From a virus (Duplodnaviria > Caudoviricetes), in the IMG/VR virus record IMGVR_UViG_3300024187_000015, positions 1-39,296 of that record: a stretch of DNA of 39,296 nt, one strand, 5' to 3'. Within the stretch, counting starts at the first letter, position 1. Every line of letters begins with the position of its first letter. Under the pieces are notes generated by a model, which made no database searches, had not been told where the DNA came from, and saw only the letters and a list, made by a program, of their open reading frames with translations. This document shows positions 35,493 to 39,296 of the stretch, piece after piece. The position numbers and the translations under genes are program-made.

Positions 35493-36082
35493 GCGTCCGG
35501 CCTGTCACCCTGAACGCCGACGGCTCCATCGACGTGGTGTACGACGAGCGTGGCCATAGCGGCACGGTGGCCGCTGCCGACGTGGTCTGGGGCACGAGCA
35601 GCGGTGGCTCTGCGGACCACAACTACATCATGCTGGAGTGCCCTGACGGCTGCGGCGGGGCGTCGGCCTGGCCGGTGGCCGGCGGGGCTGCGGCGCCGAT
35701 AGCCCAGCAGATGTTCCTCGAGAAGGTCCAGCGCGAGGGCTGCCCGTGCGGGACCGTCGAGGCCGGCCGCAGCGACGCTCTGCCTGAGGGCCACGTACGA
35801 CTCAATTGCAATCGCATGGATGGCCCGGGCCGCTGGCAGCCGGCCGGTGCTGAGCTGCTACGCGAGGTCGATCCGCAGGCAGGCAAGACCAGCTTTCAGG
35901 TCATCTATCAGGACACCGCGGAGCAGATGATCACCGGCCTCGAGCCGAGTGGTGGCGTTGGTCCAGACCACAAGCTCGCTGTGCTGCACGACCCCACCGA
36001 GTACGACGTGCTGATGCGTACCGACCCGGCCTATCTGAGCCAGGACAAGGCGCACATTCTGGCGACACCGGAGGTGGCGTGA
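35489..36082 (+). CDS. Hypothetical Cys-containing protein
   Basis: ATGA overlap; CPDGC, CPC and H..LNC motifs. Confidence 0.7.
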   Translation: MSVRPVTLNADGSIDVVYDERGHSGTVAAADVVWGTSSGGSADHNYIMLECPDGCGGASAWPVAGGAAAPIAQQMFLEKVQREGCPCGTVEAGRSDALPEGHVRLNCNRMDGPGRWQPAGAELLREVDPQAGKTSFQVIYQDTAEQMITGLEPSGGVGPDHKLAVLHDPTEYDVLMRTDPAYLSQDKAHILATPEVA

Positions 36083-36267
36083 GCGACGGATTCAGCATCG
36101 GCCCTGGTGTGCAGCAGGCCCTCGCCGACAACAACGATGAGGCTCGCTCGGATGAGCGCTTCGTCATTCTCGACGAAGGGCACAAAGTCAGCCTGACCCT
36201 GGGCAGAGACGGTCAGTACTGGTGGATAGAGGAGGACAACCGGGTTAACCGGGTGCCCTTTCGGTGA
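36079..36267 (+). CDS. 62-aa protein, probable N-terminal module of a frameshifted endolysin
   Basis: RBS GGAGG, GTGA overlap; ends CCC TTT CGG TGA. Confidence 0.7.
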   Translation: MSDGFSIGPGVQQALADNNDEARSDERFVILDEGHKVSLTLGRDGQYWWIEEDNRVNRVPFR

Positions 36268-36748
36268 CGACTCACAAACCGAGATCGCGTGGGACGCCTG
36301 GGCGAGCATGCCCGGCCAGCTGTACGACTGGACCTGCTCGGCGTGCAGTACTGAATGGCTCGAGCGCTCGCTGGGCTACGCGCGCGACGCGGACGTGTAC
36401 ACCAGTCGCGAGGCGGTCGTCTACGCCATTGGCTACCCGCACAACATCAACGCTACCTACGGACTCATGGACGGCTCCGGCGCCGAGCTCCAGCGGGTGG
36501 TCAAGGAGCAGACCGGCGCCGACACCGACCAGGGCTGGCTCAGCTTTGACGAGACGTACCTGCTGGCGCAGGAGACGCCGGGCCTGATGTCGGGAGCCGC
36601 CTGGTACCACTGGGTGGCAATCCGCGGCGTGCAGGGCAGCACGATCTGGGTGGCCAACTCGGCGCCTGGCTACAAGGGAATCTACGACAACGTCAGTCGC
36701 GAGGACTTCGATCGCCTGGGCGGCTTCAGCGTGGTGTGGCTCGCGTGA
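36263..36748 (+). CDS. C39-like papain-fold peptidase (putative endolysin catalytic domain); first ATG at 36308
   Basis: Q.YDWTCSACS (Cys), YHWVAIRG (His), VANS (Asn). The frame is open from 36230 and the ATG lacks a clear RBS. Precedes holin-like genes. Confidence 0.72.
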   Translation, partial: GDDSQTEIAWDAWASMPGQLYDWTCSACSTEWLERSLGYARDADVYTSREAVVYAIGYPHNINATYGLMDGSGAELQRVVKEQTGADTDQGWLSFDETYLLAQETPGLMSGAAWYHWVAIRGVQGSTIWVANSAPGYKGIYDNVSREDFDRLGGFSVVWLA

Positions 36749-36766
36749 TGCACTGAGGAGGACGCT

Positions 36767-36928
36767 ATGCCTGCTTTTGCTGTCGGTACCTACCCGTGGA
36801 CCATCGGCGCGATCATCGCGCTCGTGGTGCTGCTGCTGGCGATTCTCGGGCTTGTCGGCGTGCTGCCGATGAGTAGTGCGGTGGTGTTCGGCCTGATCGC
36901 GGGGTTGGCCATAGCGCGTCTGACGTGA
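36767..36928 (+). CDS. 53-aa two-TM protein (holin-like)
   Basis: RBS GAGGAGG; MPAFAVGTYPWTIGAIIALVVLLLAILGLVGVLPMSSAVVFGLIAGLAIARLT*. Confidence 0.7.
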   Translation: MPAFAVGTYPWTIGAIIALVVLLLAILGLVGVLPMSSAVVFGLIAGLAIARLT

Positions 36929-36932
36929 GTGG

Positions 36933-37154
36933 GTGCTGAGCGAACCTGCCAGTGATCCGGAGACGCCGGCAGTTTCGATCACTCGACTGGTCTGCCTTAC
37001 GCTGGTGGTCTTGACCGTGCTGGTGGGGGGTGGCGTGTTGCTGTTGCTGCGACCCGAGTATTCCAACGTCGCGATCGCACTGATCGGCGTGGTGGTGGGT
37101 GCCGCGTTCGGGCTGGTGTCGACCGCCAGGCCTCGACACGGCACGCGCAACTGA
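36933..37154 (+). CDS. 73-aa two-TM protein (holin/antiholin-like)
   Basis: Two hydrophobic segments and a basic C-terminus. Confidence 0.65.
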   Translation: MLSEPASDPETPAVSITRLVCLTLVVLTVLVGGGVLLLLRPEYSNVAIALIGVVVGAAFGLVSTARPRHGTRN

Positions 37155-37159
37155 CCTGT

Positions 37160-37210
37160 CCAGGGCTGGGGAAAAGAAAGGGAGTACGCCTACCAGAGCC
37201 TCAGCCCTGG
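37160..37210. terminator. Hairpin at the convergence of the late and accessory operons
   Basis: ccagggctgggg (37160-37171) pairs with cctcagccctgg (37199-37210) around a purine-rich loop. Confidence 0.45.
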
Positions 37211-37462
37211 GCACCCGCGCGTAGGCGCTCGATCTTCAGGATGAGTTCAGCGCGTTGTTGCTGTAGCGCCTCAACGTCATCTTGCAGGCCGTAAGCGGCT
37301 TTCAGCAGCCGTTCGTTGTTGGCTCGTAGCCGCTCGTTCTCGGCGCGGAGTGCGCGGACCTCGCCGCGTGTCCGATCAGCAATGGAGTCGTCCGGCAAGT
37401 GCACCGGTTCTGGTTTGGCCGACTTATGCACCTGCTTACCTACCAGAGCCTCAGCCCTGGGC
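37189..37462. repeat. 24-bp direct repeat flanking a 250-bp unit
   Basis: cctaccagagcctcagccctgggc at 37189-37212 and 37439-37462. Confidence 0.9.
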
Positions 37463-37503
37463 CCCGCGCGCTTACCGGTCATAACGGCACATATGTCGGT
37501 CAA
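37201..37503 (-). CDS. Coiled-coil hypothetical protein (alternative start at the GTG of VHKSAK)
   Basis: LRAENERLRANNERL heptads; ATGA overlap with the upstream gene. Confidence 0.65.
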   Translation of the reverse strand: MTDICAVMTGKRAGPRAEALVGKQVHKSAKPEPVHLPDDSIADRTRGEVRALRAENERLRANNERLLKAAYGLQDDVEALQQQRAELILKIERLRAGAQG

Positions 37504-37776
37504 GCATCGGTTGGGTTCCCCATCGCTAACTCTCGAAAGAGATCCCTTCTCTCAGCACTGGTCAAGTTTGAAACTAGCGTTGCCGTCCCGCCAGGTGGGA
37601 ACACGATCCACCGCTGGCTCAGGGCCGGGCTACGCTCGACGGCTTCTTCAATTGGCGGGGTGACTTGCGGACGCGGAGTCAATCGCCCGCACCCATCGCA
37701 CCGCCAGTGTTGTCCGTCTCGTGTGCCTGTCTCGCTTGTGTGTGGGCAGCCCTTACATTTGGCCGACTTATGCACC
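37414..37776. repeat. 19-bp direct repeat encoding VHKSAK in two adjacent genes
   Basis: tttggccgacttatgcacc at 37414-37432 and 37758-37776. Confidence 0.9.
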
Positions 37777-37778
37777 AT
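37500..37778 (-). CDS. Zn-finger-like hypothetical protein
   Basis: RBS GAGGGA before ATG 37778; CKGC...H..CDGC. Confidence 0.6.
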   Translation of the reverse strand: MVHKSAKCKGCPHTSETGTRDGQHWRCDGCGRLTPRPQVTPPIEEAVERSPALSQRWIVFPPGGTATLVSNLTSAERRDLFRELAMGNPTDA

Positions 37779-37794
37779 TAGATCCCTCAAGTAA

Positions 37795-37959
37795 TCAGTG
37801 TTTCCATCCGAGGAATATCACCAGGGCGGCCCACAGGGCGAACCCGACTACGAAGTCTCCGTCGCTCCAGTGCTTTTCCAGTCCGAGGATGGCAACACCA
37901 GCGAACGACAGAATGGCGAAGATGCCCAACCAGCGGGGCACGCTAGTCAGCATCATCAT
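37795..37959 (-). CDS. 54-aa two-TM membrane protein
   Basis: MMMLTSVPRWLGIFAILSFAGVAILGLEKHWSDGDFVVGFALWAALVIFLGWKH*; fills the gap in the operon. Confidence 0.65.
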   Translation of the reverse strand: MMMLTSVPRWLGIFAILSFAGVAILGLEKHWSDGDFVVGFALWAALVIFLGWKH

Positions 37960-38344
37960 TCACCCACGCCACCCATTTGTCGGCCAGCACCAGGACGTGC
38001 TCGCTGCGGACGTCCGGGTGCGTATGGGACATCTCGCCCAGGAAGTTGGCCGCGGCCTTGAGCACGGCCAGGCGAGCAATGCGTTGGTCGCGGTCGGTCG
38101 GTGTGGCCGCTGGGCCAGTAGCGCCGTTCAAGGCTTTGACGACCTCCAGGCTATTGATGAAGCCCTTCGGCTGGACCTTGATCCGCACCAGCTGGCCAAC
38201 TTCCGGTAGTGCGACTGGATGGAACTTCGAGATGTTGAGCCACTCGCCGTCGATGCGGACGCCGCGCTCGTTGATGGCTTCGACGACACCCTCGACGACG
38301 TTCGGGTAGACGTGCTCGCCCGAACCGCCGTTACTGGCGATCAC
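37943..38344 (-). CDS. OB-fold-like protein, possible phage ssDNA-binding protein
   Basis: GTG 38344 (GTGA overlap); beta-rich N-terminal domain (GVRIDGEWLN) plus RIARLAVLKAA helix. Confidence 0.6.
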   Translation of the reverse strand: MIASNGGSGEHVYPNVVEGVVEAINERGVRIDGEWLNISKFHPVALPEVGQLVRIKVQPKGFINSLEVVKALNGATGPAATPTDRDQRIARLAVLKAAANFLGEMSHTHPDVRSEHVLVLADKWVAWVNDDAD

Positions 38345-38631
38345 CGCCGGTCCGCCACGCGCAACTGGGGCGTGTCGTCCAGGCCGAGCTGGTGGCGCGT
38401 CTCGCGGTAGAGCGCGATCGCCGAGTGCATCGCCTGGCGCGCATCGTGGTCGTAGCACTTGATCGTGAGCCGCGGACCCGAGGCGCTGTCGGTGATTTCG
38501 ACCGAGCTCTGCGGCTCGCCCGGCTGCAGGACCACGCCCGAGGGCGTGGCGTCACCGGCCTGCAATGGTGGTGGCTGGAGGAATGTCTCCTCCAGGTCGG
38601 CCCACAGGTCGGCCTGCTGGCCGCCCATCAC
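38341..38631 (-). CDS. Hypothetical protein
   Basis: RBS GAGGAGG; coupled at both ends. Confidence 0.7.
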   Translation of the reverse strand: MMGGQQADLWADLEETFLQPPPLQAGDATPSGVVLQPGEPQSSVEITDSASGPRLTIKCYDHDARQAMHSAIALYRETRHQLGLDDTPQLRVADRR

Positions 38632-38984
38632 GCCGGCACCTCCTCGGGGTCAGGATGCACGCCCTTGTGGCGTGTGCGGCAGCAGTCGCTGCAGAGCGTC
38701 GCCCATGCCTCCTCGAGGATCTGGTAGCAGTCGCGGCACACGCCGCCCTTGCCGCTCTGGAGCGTGGCCACCACGTAGCCAATCTCGTCGCGCACCGCGA
38801 GCACGCCGGCTTCCTGCTGGAAGTAGATCAGCGAGCCGTTGAACGAGTGGCGGTCCGACTTCGAGTCGTACTGGCGCCGCGGCTGGACGTAGGCCACGGT
38901 CGCGGGGTTGACCCAGACCTCGAGATAGCCGATGCCGACGGCGAACTCGAAACTGGTCAAACGCTTGAGGGGTACGCTGTTCAT
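38628..38984 (-). CDS. Hypothetical protein with C-terminal CxxC...CxxC
   Basis: RBS GAGGTG; WVNPATVAYV domain; CRDC...CSDC. Confidence 0.75.
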   Translation of the reverse strand: MNSVPLKRLTSFEFAVGIGYLEVWVNPATVAYVQPRRQYDSKSDRHSFNGSLIYFQQEAGVLAVRDEIGYVVATLQSGKGGVCRDCYQILEEAWATLCSDCCRTRHKGVHPDPEEVPA

Positions 38985-39074
38985 CGAGTCTTCACCTCTG
39001 ATGCAGGTGTTGGCTCGAGGGCCCGCTCGCAGGTGACACTACGGGCGGGTCCGCTTGTCCGAGCCACGCCTCAG

Positions 39075-39103
39075 ATCATACTCGCCACGCCACACGCGTG
39101 CAA
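39075..39103 (-). promoter_or_regulatory. Leftward sigma70 promoter TTGCAC-N17-TATGAT
   Basis: -35 at 39103-39098, -10 at 39080-39075, 17-nt spacer. Confidence 0.7.
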
Positions 39104-39117
39104 CCTATACTATGCAC
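39082..39117 (+). promoter_or_regulatory. Rightward leaderless promoter of XRE1 with palindromic operator candidate
   Basis: TCGCCA-N18-TATACT (39106-39111), with ATG 39118 at the expected start site; GTGCA-N10-TGCAC at 39098-39117. Confidence 0.6.
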
Positions 39118-39296
39118 ATGATGGACACCAAAGAGACGGCGAGTACGCTCGGCCGACAGGTCCGACGCTACCGACTGCGGCAGGCCTGGACCCAGGACGA
39201 GCTCGCCACGCGCGCGGGCATCAGCAGAAGCACGCTACTCAAGATCGAAGCCGGCGACCACCAGCCACACCCGCCTACCATCCGCAAGCTCGCGCG
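39118..39296 (+). CDS. 5' part of XRE-family HTH regulator 1 (continues to 158)
   Basis: MMDTKETASTLGRQVRRYRLRQAWTQDELATRAGISRSTLLKIEAG... Confidence 0.9.
   Translation, partial: MMDTKETASTLGRQVRRYRLRQAWTQDELATRAGISRSTLLKIEAGDHQPHPPTIRKLA
39180..39296. repeat. Terminal direct repeat, right copy
   Basis: Identical to 2-118. Confidence 0.95.

Noticed and set aside
36264-36587. GTGA-coupled 107-aa ORF after the 62-aa gene
   Set aside because: Off-frame, Arg/Thr/Ser-rich translation overlapping the peptidase frame that carries the catalytic motifs.
36813-37214. Minus-strand ORF starting MPRAEALVG, like part of the 37201-37503 protein
   Set aside because: The similarity is only the 24-bp repeat, and the ORF is antisense to two convincing membrane-protein genes.
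37189-37776. Mini-CRISPR array
   Set aside because: Only two copies of each repeat, 250-344 bp apart, overlapping coding sequence; no cas genes.
1-39296. tRNA, rRNA, IS elements, introns or inteins, spanins
   Set aside because: None recognised by eye; tRNAscan-SE, Infernal and HMM searches are needed to exclude them.

Overview
The window is very probably a complete, circularly assembled temperate phage genome of about 39.18 kb (bases 2-118 recur exactly as 39180-39296). It is GC-rich and podovirus-like: no tape measure or tail tube gene is seen, but there are three large candidate ejection proteins and tail adaptor/nozzle-like genes. A GAAC-N4-GTTC LexA box, apparently leaderless promoters and the lack of recognisable spanins suggest a monoderm high-GC host (Chloroflexota or Actinomycetota; inference). 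Layout: XRE regulator (spanning the join) > large serine integrase >< 52-aa gene < second XRE | LexA-boxed HTH gene > early operon (PAPS-reductase-like, secreted SceD/Rpf-like lysozyme, small membrane peptides, TGT/DpdA-like, Red-beta-like annealase, HNH, replication initiator with iterons) > terminase, portal, a 2838-aa polyvalent virion protein, two more ejection-type proteins, scaffold, capsid, tail, lysis >< short leftward accessory operon. Most notable: (1) a candidate SOS-triggered, activator-driven induction circuit, in which two homologous leaderless promoters (GATTTG-N4-GATTTG) drive the early operon and a candidate recombination directionality factor; (2) a 79-codon gene with its own -10 and RBS nested in the +1 frame of the giant virion gene, downstream of a glycosylase-like domain; (3) a candidate programmed +1 frameshift (CCC TTT CGG TGA) assembling the endolysin; (4) a candidate attP inside the 3' end of the integrase gene. 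All family calls come from motif recognition by eye, not from database searches.
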